A stretch of 64,000 nt of DNA from a virus. Numbering within the stretch: position 1 is the stretch's first letter; each line of letters opens with the position of its first letter. The translations under genes and the position numbers were made by a program. Below the pieces are notes generated by a model. The model saw only the letters and a program-made list of their open reading frames with translations. It was not told the origin of the DNA and searched no databases. Positions 48,190-57,884 of the stretch are shown piece by piece. Location: the IMG/VR virus record IMGVR_UViG_3300046535_001697, positions 1-64,000 of that record. One strand, 5' to 3'.

Positions 48190-48525
48190 GTGGACCAGAA
48201 CCAAGTCCTCAAGCACGTCGTCGCCATCCTCGCCGCCGGGGACGGGATGCGGACCTCGGACGACCCGCAGCTCGGCACCGAGTTCACCCAGCTCCTCGGC
48301 GAGGTCATGAACGACTCTCTCGGCAAGCTGGAGTTCGCCGAGGACGAGCCGCTGAGCGAAGTCCTGCCGGTGATCGGGCAGGCGTTCGCCGAGCCCCTGA
48401 TGAAGCTGGTCGGCGGATTCATGGTCGCCTTCCTGCAGCTCGCCGAGGTCCACGACTCCGGGCAGACCCACCTGTCTTCGAAGGATGTCCTGCAGGACCT
48501 GGCGCTGCGCGTCGAACAGGGCTGA
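48190..48525 (+). CDS. Acidic hypothetical protein
   Basis: GGAG RBS, GC3 bias. Confidence 0.7.
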   Translation: MDQNQVLKHVVAILAAGDGMRTSDDPQLGTEFTQLLGEVMNDSLGKLEFAEDEPLSEVLPVIGQAFAEPLMKLVGGFMVAFLQLAEVHDSGQTHLSSKDVLQDLALRVEQG

Positions 48526-48544
48526 CCACCGGCCGGCACATGCC

Positions 48545-48582
48545 GCGGCCCCCCTCCCCCGTTCGTCCGGGGGGGGGGCCGC
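48545..48582. terminator. Convergent terminator hairpin
   Basis: C-rich/G-rich stem between convergent genes. Confidence 0.65.
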
Positions 48583-48591
48583 TGTCGTTGT

Positions 48592-49080
48592 TCAAGCCCT
48601 GACGGTGGGCCACTCGTACTTCCCGGGGTACTGGATGTCCCTGCCCCAGGTGTTGGCCGCGTCGGTGTCACCGATGAATGCGAAGCCTTCGCCGTCACCG
48701 ATGCTGCAGTACTCGCTCATGGCCTGCTGCTGGTTTCCGCACCGGCACCAGCGGTCGCCGTCCCAGGCGTAGACGCCGCGGTCGGCACCGGCCCGAACGA
48801 ATTCGGCAAGGGCTTTGGCCTCCTCGACGTCGCGCACTCCAATGCAGGCGCTGGTGTGCCAGGCGTCGAGGGCCGGGCCGTCGGGGAAGACGTGGCCGTT
48901 GAGGGCGACGAGGAGCTGCCCGGGGGTGAAGGGCCACGCGGGTTCTTCGTCGGCCGGGGTGTGGGTGCCGGTGATGACGAACCATCCGATGTCGCGCAGG
49001 CGCACGGGCTTGCAGTCGTTGAGGGCGTAGAGGACCTCGTCGGCGGTCGGCCCGGTGGGGATGGTGTAGCGGTCGGTCAT
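48592..49080 (-). CDS. Hypothetical protein
   Basis: GAGGA RBS, MTDRYTIP. Confidence 0.65.
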   Translation of the reverse strand: MTDRYTIPTGPTADEVLYALNDCKPVRLRDIGWFVITGTHTPADEEPAWPFTPGQLLVALNGHVFPDGPALDAWHTSACIGVRDVEEAKALAEFVRAGADRGVYAWDGDRWCRCGNQQQAMSEYCSIGDGEGFAFIGDTDAANTWGRDIQYPGKYEWPTVRA

Positions 49081-49091
49081 GGCCGGGTTCC

Positions 49092-49601
49092 TCACGCGTC
49101 GGGCGCCCAGTCGGGCTGATAGTCGGGGTGCCCGCGGTACGGCAGGGCGAGCAGGCAGAGCAGCATCAGGTCGGCCCCGTTGCCCGGGTCGCCTCCCACT
49201 CCCCACTCGCTGTCGATCTGCGCCTCCATGCTGGTGACCTCGGGGACGATCTCGTTGATGACGCGCCGCTTGGCGGCGACCTCGGCCAGGGTCCGCGCCG
49301 GGTCCTGGCGGGCGATGTGCCGGTGCTGGCCGACCGTCAGCTTGCCGCTGGCGGAGTAGAGCGCGACGTCGTTGGGGATCGGGCTGGCGTCGTCCCAGCG
49401 GCCGTCGGTGGTGGCCTTGGCGCCCAGGGCCGCGCTCTCGTCCATGGACAGCATGTCGAGGAGGAACGCGCGGATGTCGGTCGTGCGGAGCCCACAGGGG
49501 CCGTGGAGGTAGCGGGGCTCCGGGTCGTACGGCCCGGTGTAGTTCTCACGGACCGGGCATTCGGCGGCGTCGTGGTAGCCGGGGATGCGCTGCTCGGTCA
49601 T
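49092..49601 (-). CDS. DUF6221-like protein
   Basis: HIARQDPARTLAEVAAKR...LALPY..HPDY. Confidence 0.8.
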   Translation of the reverse strand: MTEQRIPGYHDAAECPVRENYTGPYDPEPRYLHGPCGLRTTDIRAFLLDMLSMDESAALGAKATTDGRWDDASPIPNDVALYSASGKLTVGQHRHIARQDPARTLAEVAAKRRVINEIVPEVTSMEAQIDSEWGVGGDPGNGADLMLLCLLALPYRGHPDYQPDWAPDA

Positions 49602-49605
49602 GTGC

Positions 49606-49995
49606 TCAGCCTTCCGCTTCGGGTGCCGGGGCGAAGACGGCGAGGGCAGCGGTGGCGAACTGGTAGGGCTCGCCGACGAGGTGCCAGTGGTCGCGGGCCA
49701 CTGCGAGGATCTTCTCGGCGTCCTCGGCGGAGACGCCGCGCCACCGCGCCTCGTCGACGTAGCGGTCGTGCCGCTGCCGAGCCTCTCGGGCGCGGGCCTC
49801 CTGCTCGTCCCGCACGCGGGAGATGAGGACCCCGTATGCTGCCGCGACCGCAGGGGCAACGCCGCCATTTCCGAACTCGCAGTGGACGTCGTGGCAGGCG
49901 TGATCGTCCGAAGCGGGGGCGTAGATCAGGGGTGTGCCGTGCGTCGGGCAGACGCAGTGGGTGCCGCACTGGTGCTGGTGGGCCATGCGGTTCAT
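49606..49995 (-). CDS. Hypothetical Cys/His protein
   Basis: GAGG RBS; CVCPTH, HAC. Confidence 0.6.
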   Translation of the reverse strand: MNRMAHQHQCGTHCVCPTHGTPLIYAPASDDHACHDVHCEFGNGGVAPAVAAAYGVLISRVRDEQEARAREARQRHDRYVDEARWRGVSAEDAEKILAVARDHWHLVGEPYQFATAALAVFAPAPEAEG

Positions 49996-50040
49996 CCTCT
50001 CGCAGGGGGCCCGCCCCGGACACCTGCCGGGGCGGGCGGG

Positions 50041-50378
50041 TCAGCGGTCGAGCAGGGACGCCTTCACGGCCATGGACAGGGCGGTCCCGCGTCGGTCGTC
50101 CTCGGCGATGAGCCGGCTGGCCTGGGTCTGGGTGATGTGGAGGGCGCGGGCTGCGCGGGCTGCTCCGCCGTGCTCGGTGCCGACGAGGTCGCGGACGAGG
50201 TTGGCGTCGGCGCGCTGGAGGAGCTGGTCCTGGCGGGCGATCAGGGCGCGGCGGCGCTTGATGGTGGCCCGGGCGGCGGCGGGGTCGGCGGGCAGCGCCA
50301 GGCGCAGGATCTCGGTGTACTCGTCGAGGGCGTCTCGGGCATGCCGTCGTCGTCGAGGGCGATCTGCCTGATGCGCAT
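50041..50378 (-). pseudogene. HTH-like protein with a 1-nt frameshift
   Basis: AAGGAG+ATG at 50378; 338 nt; frame switches near 50333. Confidence 0.55.
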
Positions 50379-50414
50379 AGCGGTTCTCCTTCGGGTCTTG
50401 GCGGTTTCGTGAGG

Positions 50415-51182
50415 CTACTCGGCGGCTACGACGGGGATTCCGTACTCGCCCTTGGCGCCGCGCACGGCCTTGCCGTCCTTGACGAGCTGGGTGCAGACGT
50501 TAGCGACGGTGCTATAGGAGACGCTGGCCAACTCGGCAAGCTGGTCGACGTGCAGGTAGGCGACCCTGCCGGTTCCGGGATCGCAACACGCCCCAAGTGC
50601 CAGGAGGATCTTCTCGGCGGCCGTGGGTGCCTTCTCCCTGGCCGGCGCCTTCTGGGTGGGAACCCAGCCGTGGAAGGCTTCCTTCACAGTCAGCGACGGC
50701 TTGCTGAGGGCGCATCTCTCGATGAACCGCGTGATGCGCGGAGTGAGCTCGAACCACTCGGTGTTGTGCACCCTCTCTCTGGCAAACCGGCGGTGCAGTG
50801 CCTGTTCGAGCGCGGCACCGCCGCGCAGGAGGAGCAGCACATCCCGCTCCCGCAGAGCGAGGGTGCCGACCCTGCCTTTGAGGTTGGTGGTGTAGCCGAT
50901 TTTGATTCGGCTGCCGTTGGTGAGGAAGTACACGGCGCTGGGATGTGACCCCAGGAGGGCGCCTTGGATGTCGAGGGCCTTCGCCCTTTCGATGATGCCC
51001 CTGTCCGAAGCCTGCTCGACAGTGTCGGAGGCCTCAACGCGGATGAAGGCTTCGGTCGCCAGGTGGACGACGGTTGCGAGGTGTTTGCGGCAAAGGGGTA
51101 CCGGGCGGCTGATGAGCGGCGCTTCCCAGCAGGGGCCGTCGTTCTCGATGACGGCGCAGTCGTCGATGGGCGGGGTAGTCAC
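50415..51182 (-). CDS. GIY-YIG (T5orf172/Mug113-like) protein with C-terminal wHTH
   Basis: VYFL...IKIGYT, LEQALHRRF, EWF; lower GC. Confidence 0.82.
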   Translation of the reverse strand: MTTPPIDDCAVIENDGPCWEAPLISRPVPLCRKHLATVVHLATEAFIRVEASDTVEQASDRGIIERAKALDIQGALLGSHPSAVYFLTNGSRIKIGYTTNLKGRVGTLALRERDVLLLLRGGAALEQALHRRFARERVHNTEWFELTPRITRFIERCALSKPSLTVKEAFHGWVPTQKAPAREKAPTAAEKILLALGACCDPGTGRVAYLHVDQLAELASVSYSTVANVCTQLVKDGKAVRGAKGEYGIPVVAAE

Positions 51183-51204
51183 GGACGGTGCTCCTCTGTG
51201 CTGG

Positions 51205-51693
51205 TCAGTTGGCGCGGTTCTTCCAGCCGGATGCGGCGCTGGCGTGGCTGGTCGCGGTGGAGTGGGAGGTGGAGCCGGTGTTGCTGTTGTTGATGTTGAC
51301 GGTGACTTTGGCGGAGGAGCCCTTGAGGAGGCTGACGGCCGCGGCGGCGACGCCGACGGCCAGGCCGGCGCCCTCGGCGGCGTGGGCGAACTCGGCGAGG
51401 CCGTGGGCGTAGTGGCCAACCGCAACAGCGACACCGGCGATGGTGCCGCCGGAGGCAACGATGCGGGCGGGCCACGGGTCACGGGGTGCCTGCTGGACGA
51501 TGACCGGCGCCGGGGCCGGCTGGGGCTGGGGGGCGGCACGGGGCTCGGGCGCCGGGGTGTCGTTCATGTAGACGGCGACGGGCTTGTGGTCCTCGACACC
51601 GATGGCGATGCCGATGCCGGTGAACTGCCCGGCAGCGAGGTCGGCCTGGGTTGCGTAGGCGGTGCGGTCGGCGGACTGCTGGGTGGTGGTCAC
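51205..51693 (-). CDS. Spd-like membrane protein
   Basis: Two TM segments, coupled to TraB. Confidence 0.6.
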   Translation of the reverse strand: MTTTQQSADRTAYATQADLAAGQFTGIGIAIGVEDHKPVAVYMNDTPAPEPRAAPQPQPAPAPVIVQQAPRDPWPARIVASGGTIAGVAVAVGHYAHGLAEFAHAAEGAGLAVGVAAAAVSLLKGSSAKVTVNINNSNTGSTSHSTATSHASAASGWKNRAN

Positions 51694-53873
51694 TGCTGCT
51701 CCTCGGGGGCGTCGGTGCGGTGCTTGACGTGGGCGTAGGCGCCGCGCATGGGCTTGTAGAACTGGGGCTCGGCCTTCAGCCAGTCCGTGATGGCGGACCG
51801 GGACGGTGCCGGGGCAACCGGGAAGATCACGGCGAAGAGTTCACGGATGGCGTCGGGGCCGATACCGGACGGGCCGGCCTTGACGACGATGCTGAAGACG
51901 GTGGGCCAGCGGGCGTCGTCGCTGACGCCGGGGGTGGGCGTGGGGCCAGTTGCCTGCTTCGGCGCCGGGGCGGACTCGGGGGTGAGGTGCGCGGGGGGCT
52001 TCCACAGGGCGCCGCCCTCGCCGAGGATCTCCCGGAACTGCCGGTCGAGGTCGGCGTCGTGGCTGGTGGTCTCGTTCATGGCGCCGCGTACGCGGTTGCG
52101 GGTCTCCTCGGCGGCGGCGATGGCGTCAGCGGCGCTTCCGGCGGGCGGTGTGCTGTCCCAGTCGGCGGTGACGCTGCGCCTCGGCGTGCTGTTCCCGTCC
52201 GTGGTCGGGCCGGCCTGCGGGGGGACGGCGTCCATGATTCCGGCGAGGATGCTGTCGGGGTCCTGGACGTCGATGAGGAACAGGTGGTCGGTGTTGTCCC
52301 AGCGCCGCTCGTACGCTTCACCGGCGACCTTGCGGGATGCGGCGTCGAGTTCGGGGCGGCGGGTGCTGACCTCCTGGATGAGGGCCATCATGATGTCGGG
52401 CTTCATGAGGTAGGTCTTGAACGGGCGGGCGTGCTTGCGGCCGAACTTGAGGAAGCCGCAGCCCTCGTAGGGGGCGTCTTCGGGCTTGAGGCGCTCATTC
52501 CAGCCGAACAGGTAGTTCAGCTCGGCTTCGGTGTCGACGCCGAGGCCGATCTTCATGATGGACTGCTTGAGGACCTGCGGTTCGGCGATGACGTCCTGGG
52601 TGGCGCGCAGGGCAGCGTTCTCGACGTTGCAGGCGGTGGCCCGGCCGATCTCGATGATCTCGACGATGTTGTCGCCGACCTTGCGGAGGATCTCGTCGCG
52701 GCGGGCGCGCTGCGAGAAGAGCATGGCGATCTCGTCGTTGTTGAGGGTCAGGGCGGGGATGCGCGGGGTGACGGGCAGCTTGTCGTCGTTGGCCTGGAGC
52801 TCGAGGGCCTTGTAGGCGGTCTTGCGGATCTTGGCGATGCGCTTCATGGCCTCGGTCATGGCGAGGGCCTTTTCGGGGGTGTCGGCGACCCAGTCGACGG
52901 GGGGCTTGCCGGGCTTGCCGAGCTGCGTCCACAGATGGAGCCAGGGCAGGGCGAGGTTGCCGCCGTTGAGGTCGATGACCCAGACGAGGTTGTCGACCAT
53001 GCGGAGCTGGTTGGCGATCTTGACGTTCATCAAGTTGGACTTGCCGGAGCCGCGCTGGCCGACGGTGACGCTGGAGGCCTGGCGCATGACGGCGCCGGCC
53101 TTCTCGCCGTCCTGGTAGACGCCGATCGCGGTGAAGTCATTGATCGACAGGGGGGAGAAGTCCATGGGGTAGGGGACGTCGTCGAGGAGGTGGTTGACGG
53201 TGGCGACGTTGACGAGTGCGGTGCCTCGGTCGGCGCCGGCTGTGACCTCGACGCCGCAGCCCTCGGGGAGGCGGGCGTCGCCGGCGAGCCGGTCCTCGAA
53301 CGGCTTGAGTTGGCGCCAGGTGGTGCCGCCCGGGGGGACGATCTCCAGGGTGTAGCCGCCGCCGCTGTCCCACTGCTCGATGGCGAGGACGGTGGTGTTG
53401 TGGACGGCGCAGACGCGGCCGATGCGGGCGGTCCATTCGGCGGCGAGTTCGGTGCGCAGGGCCTGGGCGGCGTTGGCGATGTCGGTGGCCTGCTGGTCGG
53501 CGGCGGCCTGGGCGGTGGCGCGCCCGGTGCGGGCTTCGCCGGTCCAGGCCATGCCGAGGCCGATGGTTCCGGCGGCGAGGGTGCCGAGGCTGGTGGTGGT
53601 CCAGGGGCTGGTGGCCATGGCCCAGGAGCACCAGGTGCCGGCGCCGGCCCAGGTGGCGGCTCGGACGGCGAGGCTGGTGCCGGTGATGTGGTGGGTGCCG
53701 CGCTGGCGGACGCCGGCGAGGTGGTGGCCGAGGAGGCCGGCGCCGGCGGTGGCGGCGGCCCACATGGGGGGCATGTGGGCGACGTGGCCGGCCCAGGCGG
53801 CGGCGAGGGTGGCGCCGGCGATGTTGAGGGGGCCGGTGACGGGGCCGTGGCCGGCTTCCCAGTCGACGTTCAC
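51690..53873 (-). CDS. TraB-like FtsK/SpoIIIE conjugative DNA translocase
   Basis: N-terminal TMs, GQRGSGKS Walker A, LNNDE Walker B, C-terminal wHTH-like. Confidence 0.82.
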   Translation of the reverse strand: MNVDWEAGHGPVTGPLNIAGATLAAAWAGHVAHMPPMWAAATAGAGLLGHHLAGVRQRGTHHITGTSLAVRAATWAGAGTWCSWAMATSPWTTTSLGTLAAGTIGLGMAWTGEARTGRATAQAAADQQATDIANAAQALRTELAAEWTARIGRVCAVHNTTVLAIEQWDSGGGYTLEIVPPGGTTWRQLKPFEDRLAGDARLPEGCGVEVTAGADRGTALVNVATVNHLLDDVPYPMDFSPLSINDFTAIGVYQDGEKAGAVMRQASSVTVGQRGSGKSNLMNVKIANQLRMVDNLVWVIDLNGGNLALPWLHLWTQLGKPGKPPVDWVADTPEKALAMTEAMKRIAKIRKTAYKALELQANDDKLPVTPRIPALTLNNDEIAMLFSQRARRDEILRKVGDNIVEIIEIGRATACNVENAALRATQDVIAEPQVLKQSIMKIGLGVDTEAELNYLFGWNERLKPEDAPYEGCGFLKFGRKHARPFKTYLMKPDIMMALIQEVSTRRPELDAASRKVAGEAYERRWDNTDHLFLIDVQDPDSILAGIMDAVPPQAGPTTDGNSTPRRSVTADWDSTPPAGSAADAIAAAEETRNRVRGAMNETTSHDADLDRQFREILGEGGALWKPPAHLTPESAPAPKQATGPTPTPGVSDDARWPTVFSIVVKAGPSGIGPDAIRELFAVIFPVAPAPSRSAITDWLKAEPQFYKPMRGAYAHVKHRTDAPEEQQ

Positions 53874-53971
53874 GGTGGCGGGTTCTCCTGTCGGTGGCGG
53901 TCGGTGGCCGCGGGTCGGTGAGGGTGGCGGGAGGGCGGCCGCCCGGGCGAGGGCCCGGGCGGCCGGGCTGG

Positions 53972-55516
53972 TCAGTGGAAGTCGACGTTCGCGGCGATGT
54001 CCCACATCTCCTCGCCGGGGCGCGGGTTGCGGTGACGCTCGAGGTCGACGTGGTGGAGGTTCTCGAACGCGGGGGCGAGCTCTCCGGCCATCTCGGCGGC
54101 CTTCTGGGTGAGCTGGTAGATGCCGCGCATCAGCTCGATGATCTGCGGGTCCAAGGGGTAGGGGCCGTCGGCCTTCTCGGTGGTGATCTTCATGGCCTCG
54201 GCGACAAGCTGCAGTGCATCCGGGAGGCTGGCGAAGTCCTGGCCGACCTGGAGCATGGCGGTCGGCTCGTAGGCGGAGGCGGCACGGGCCATCTCCACGG
54301 CGGCGGCGGTGAAGTGGTGACCGGACATGTCGGTGGCTCCCTGGGTCGTGGTGGACGGGCTGAAGGTGGTGGCGCCGGCGGGGCGGCGGATGGTGCCGCC
54401 GATCTCCGGCTCCGTGGTGTCGATGGCGGGCTGCGCGGAGGCGGCCTTGGCGGCTGCGCGTTCCGCCCGTGCTGCGCGGCGGCGGGCCCAGGTGGCGCGC
54501 ATCCGGGCCCAGCCGGTCTTGCCCGACCAGTTCCAGATGCCGTGCCACAGGCCGGCACCGACGGACAGGAAGCCGTCCCATCCGACCGCGGCGGTCTTGC
54601 GGGTGCCTCGGCCGAGGGCGGCGAGCACCCGGGCCCGGTGCGGCTTCGTCTTCACGATGGCGGTGCGGGTGCCGGCGGCGGCGAGGGTGGCGCCGCGCTT
54701 CCCGGCCCGGCCGGCCGTGGCGGTCAGGCGGCGCCGGGCAGCGGCCCGGCTGTTCTTCCTGTCCGCGGTGAGGGCAGCGGCGGCCTTCTCCTCCTTCGAG
54801 AGCTGCCCCGCCTTCCCGGCGCCGGTCCGCTCGGCAGAGCGGTCGGCACGGCCGGTGCCGCCGGACAGCCGGTCGGCGATCCGGCCCAGACGCCCCGCCT
54901 TCCCTCCGCCGTCGACCCGCCCCGAGTTGGCGCCAACACCCGACGCTGCGCCGGTCCCGTTCTGGCGGCCGAGGGACCAGCTGGTCGACGACGGACGTTG
55001 TCCTGTCCCGCCACTCCTGGCGCCGGCACCGCCGCCGACACCGCCCCGGCTGCCGCCGCCGGAGAGCAGACCGCCGCGGGCGCTGTTGGCGCCAGAACGG
55101 GTACCGCCAGGAGCGAGCAACCCGGCCTTCGCCGTCTTGTTGGCGGTCTGCTTCTTGACGGTGGCGCGGCGCTTCAGGACCGCCGCCGTGGTGCCGCCAA
55201 GCGCGAGGCCGGCCGCGCCGCCGATGCCGGGGAGGCCGGCGATCTGGTAGGCGGCGGTCAGGGCGGTGGCGGTGCCGTTGGCGGCGGCCACGAGGGCGGG
55301 CGCGGCGGGGATGCCCTTGCGGCGGGCGGTCTTCTTGTCGGCCTTCTGGTCGCGGGCAAGTTCGGTGAGGGCGGCCTGGGCGGCCGGGGACTGGGTCTTC
55401 CAGTCGATGGCGGGTGCGGGGGCGCCGGGGGTGACGTACACGGAGTCGTGGTCGGGCTGGGGGGTGGTTGTTGCCGGTGCGCGGGTCGGCGCGGGCGGCG
55501 CTTGGGTCTGGGACAC
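53972..55516 (-). CDS. Transfer-region protein; internal start at 54328
   Basis: AAGGAG RBS; TM, basic Gly-rich region; GGAG before MSGHHF. Confidence 0.65.
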   Translation of the reverse strand: MSQTQAPPAPTRAPATTTPQPDHDSVYVTPGAPAPAIDWKTQSPAAQAALTELARDQKADKKTARRKGIPAAPALVAAANGTATALTAAYQIAGLPGIGGAAGLALGGTTAAVLKRRATVKKQTANKTAKAGLLAPGGTRSGANSARGGLLSGGGSRGGVGGGAGARSGGTGQRPSSTSWSLGRQNGTGAASGVGANSGRVDGGGKAGRLGRIADRLSGGTGRADRSAERTGAGKAGQLSKEEKAAAALTADRKNSRAAARRRLTATAGRAGKRGATLAAAGTRTAIVKTKPHRARVLAALGRGTRKTAAVGWDGFLSVGAGLWHGIWNWSGKTGWARMRATWARRRAARAERAAAKAASAQPAIDTTEPEIGGTIRRPAGATTFSPSTTTQGATDMSGHHFTAAAVEMARAASAYEPTAMLQVGQDFASLPDALQLVAEAMKITTEKADGPYPLDPQIIELMRGIYQLTQKAAEMAGELAPAFENLHHVDLERHRNPRPGEEMWDIAANVDFH

Positions 55517-55531
55517 CGGGCTCTCCTTCAA

Positions 55532-55640
55532 TGTCGTCGTCGTAGTCGTCGGGTCCGAGGGATGGGGGTGGTGCGGGGTTTTTGCTGTTCAGGGGGGTGC
55601 TGGGGGGTCGGCTACGACGACGACTACGACGTCGACGACA
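55532..55640. repeat. GTC/GAC-rich inverted repeat
   Basis: TGTCGTCGTCGTAGTCGTCG...CGACGACTACGACGTCGACGACA. Confidence 0.55.
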
Positions 55641-55662
55641 TCAGGGCCGGCCGGTGGGCGGG

Positions 55663-56961
55663 TCAGTCCATGGCGGGCATCGGGGTCTTGTCGAGGATCG
55701 CGGTGCGGATGTTCTTCGCCGTGGACGCGGACACGCTGCCCAGCCCGGCGGTCTCGATGGCCTTGGCGAACTCCTCGCCGGTGGGCTGCCTGCGCAGGCG
55801 CTGGAACTCGTCGTGGAAGACGGGCCCGGCGAGGTCGACCCATTCGTCCATGGGGCGGCGGGTGTTCTTCTGGGTGGTGGTCTCGGCGCGGACGGTGCGG
55901 CGGCGGGTGGCGGCGGGGCGGGGCTTCTTGGCGCCGGTCGTGCTGCTGTCGCTGGCGCCAGGTGCGTCCTGCTGGTGGCGCCAGGTGGCGCCGTTGCTGG
56001 CGGCAGGAGCGGCGCTGTCCTGTCGCCAGTTGGCGGTGCTGTTGTCGCCAGAAGCGGTGTCCGTACTGTCGCCAGCTGTCGCCAGTTCGGGGGTGTCGCT
56101 GTCGCTAGTTGTCGTCTCGTTCTGTCGCCAGTTGGCGGTGCTGTTGGCGCTGTCGCTGGCGGTGCTGTTGGCGGCAGGAGCGGTCGTGCTGGCGCCAGGA
56201 GCGACCGGGTTGCTGTCGCCATCTGCCGCCAGTTCGGCCGGGTGGTCCGCCAGCGTCTGGCGGATCGGGGCGCCGAGCCGGGCGAGCCTGATCGCCATCA
56301 CCTCGTGTGCGGGGGCGGTCCGGCGCCAGCTGCGGCCGTAGCGGCGGCGGAGCTTCTCGCGGAAGATCCGGGCCTCCCACTCGATCGCGACGACGTCCGT
56401 GTACGAGGTGAGGTGCCACAGGTGCTGGCGGCGCCAGATGCGGTAGGTGGAGATCGGGCTGAGGATCCACCGCTTGATGGGCGGGGTCTCGATGTGCCGG
56501 TCGGCGGTGATGTCGGCGATGCGGCCGACGGCGTGCCGGGCTGCCTCCATGACGACGATGAAGAGCGTGGGGATGGTGGCGTGCATGCCGACGGCCAGCC
56601 AGTCGCCCCAGGCCGAGGAGGCGTTGAAGGCGACGGTGGCGGCGGTGAGGAACCAGGCTGTCTGGCGGAGCAGGGGGAACGGCATGCGGAGGCCGGTGAG
56701 GACCAGGTCGAGGGCGAGGAGGACGCCGATGCCGGCGTCGATGCCGATGGGGAAGGCGTACGCGAAAGAGCCGAAGTCCTTGTCGATGGCGAGCTTGGTG
56801 ACGGCGCGGTAGGAGCCAGCGAAGCCGATGCCTGCGATGGCGGCAGAGCCTCCGGCGACGGCACCGATGAGGCCTTTCTGGGTCTTGGTCAGCTGAGTGG
56901 GGACGGCCGGCTCGGGCTGTGTGCTGGTCGGCTGGCCGGCGGACAGGTCGGGCGCGGTCAC
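55663..56961 (-). CDS. DUF2637 / SpdA-like membrane protein
   Basis: GFAGSY, FPIGIDAGI, ATVAFN; C-terminal HTH-like. Confidence 0.85.
   Translation of the reverse strand: MTAPDLSAGQPTSTQPEPAVPTQLTKTQKGLIGAVAGGSAAIAGIGFAGSYRAVTKLAIDKDFGSFAYAFPIGIDAGIGVLLALDLVLTGLRMPFPLLRQTAWFLTAATVAFNASSAWGDWLAVGMHATIPTLFIVVMEAARHAVGRIADITADRHIETPPIKRWILSPISTYRIWRRQHLWHLTSYTDVVAIEWEARIFREKLRRRYGRSWRRTAPAHEVMAIRLARLGAPIRQTLADHPAELAADGDSNPVAPGASTTAPAANSTASDSANSTANWRQNETTTSDSDTPELATAGDSTDTASGDNSTANWRQDSAAPAASNGATWRHQQDAPGASDSSTTGAKKPRPAATRRRTVRAETTTQKNTRRPMDEWVDLAGPVFHDEFQRLRRQPTGEEFAKAIETAGLGSVSASTAKNIRTAILDKTPMPAMD
55947..56221. repeat. clt-like 8-bp direct repeats TGTCGCCA
   Basis: Perfect copies at 56021, 56043, 56067, 56077, 56123, 56214 plus TGTCGCT variants. 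Confidence 0.7.
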
Positions 56962-57044
56962 GGGGGTCTCCAGAGGATGGCTGGTGGCATATGCATGACA
57001 TGGGCTGGGTGGTGCGGGTTGCCGGTGGCCCCGGCCGGGGCGGG

Positions 57045-57299
57045 TCAGAGCTGGTCGGGCTCCAGGGAGAAGAACACGACGTCGGCCCGCTCCAGGGCGG
57101 GGTTCTGCTTGGTGAGGGCGGCGCGGATCTCGCGGTAGGCGCCGGCTCGGCTGGCCCCGGGCCGGGTCGGGAGGGTTCCGTTGATGGTGGCGATGCTGAA
57201 GCCGCCGGCGGCCGGGTACTGGAGGGTGATCAGCCAGGAGTAGAGGACGGGCTCCTCGGAGGTGGAGGCGGAGGCGGGAGCGGTGGCGGTGGTGGTCAT
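57045..57299 (-). CDS. Small hypothetical protein
   Basis: WLITLQ...VVFFSLEP. Confidence 0.7.
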   Translation of the reverse strand: MTTTATAPASASTSEEPVLYSWLITLQYPAAGGFSIATINGTLPTRPGASRAGAYREIRAALTKQNPALERADVVFFSLEPDQL

Positions 57300-57389
57300 T
57301 GGTCTTCTCTCTCGTGTGGTCATACCGGGCGGGGTGTCTGAGTGCCTGCGGCTGCCGCACGGCTGGGGCTGTGCGGCGCCGTCCGGCGA

Positions 57390-57557
57390 TCAGGCGCGCG
57401 GGTGGTGGAAGGGGCTCGGGTTGGTGTGCATGATCTCGTCGGCACAGTCGGCGGCCCAGGTCTGGTGCGTGTAGCAGGTCTGGCGGTCGTCGGCGTGCAT
57501 GCCGGCGTCCTCTCGCTGGTTGTCGCGCTCGATCGCGGCGGCGAGCTTCTTGTCCAT
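57390..57557 (-). CDS. Small hypothetical protein
   Basis: AAGGA RBS; C..H.TW..DC. Confidence 0.55.
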   Translation of the reverse strand: MDKKLAAAIERDNQREDAGMHADDRQTCYTHQTWAADCADEIMHTNPSPFHHPRA

Positions 57558-57573
57558 GGGTGTCCTTCCGGGG

Positions 57574-57726
57574 TCAGGCGGCGGTGGGGAGGGGTTGTTC
57601 GTCGTCGCGCGGTGCGGGTGCGGGTTCGCCGTCGTCGTCGGGGTGCCAGGCGGCGGGGCGGACGGTGAAGCGGACGAGGCGGCGGGCCTGGTAGAGGCCG
57701 GCGGCGGCGGGGCGGCGGCCGGTCAT
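57574..57726 (-). CDS. Small hypothetical protein
   Basis: ATGA coupling. Confidence 0.45.
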   Translation of the reverse strand: MTGRRPAAAGLYQARRLVRFTVRPAAWHPDDDGEPAPAPRDDEQPLPTAA

Positions 57727-57884
57727 TTCGCGGCGCCGCTCTGCGGCTGCGGGGCCGGCTGGGTGGGGCGGACGGCTTCGCAGGTGACGGGGCAGGGGAT
57801 GGTGCCGTGGCCGTCGGGGCTGACGACGATGCCCCAGTCCTGGCACTCGTTGCAGCGGTAGGCGGGGATACCGGCGAGGGTCAC
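57723..57884 (-). CDS. Small CxxC protein
   Basis: GGAGG RBS; CNEC...CP. Confidence 0.5.
   Translation of the reverse strand: MTLAGIPAYRCNECQDWGIVVSPDGHGTIPCPVTCEAVRPTQPAPQPQSGAAK

Noticed and set aside
55947-56221. Possible CRISPR array
   Set aside because: Repeats only 8 bp, irregular spacing, no cas genes
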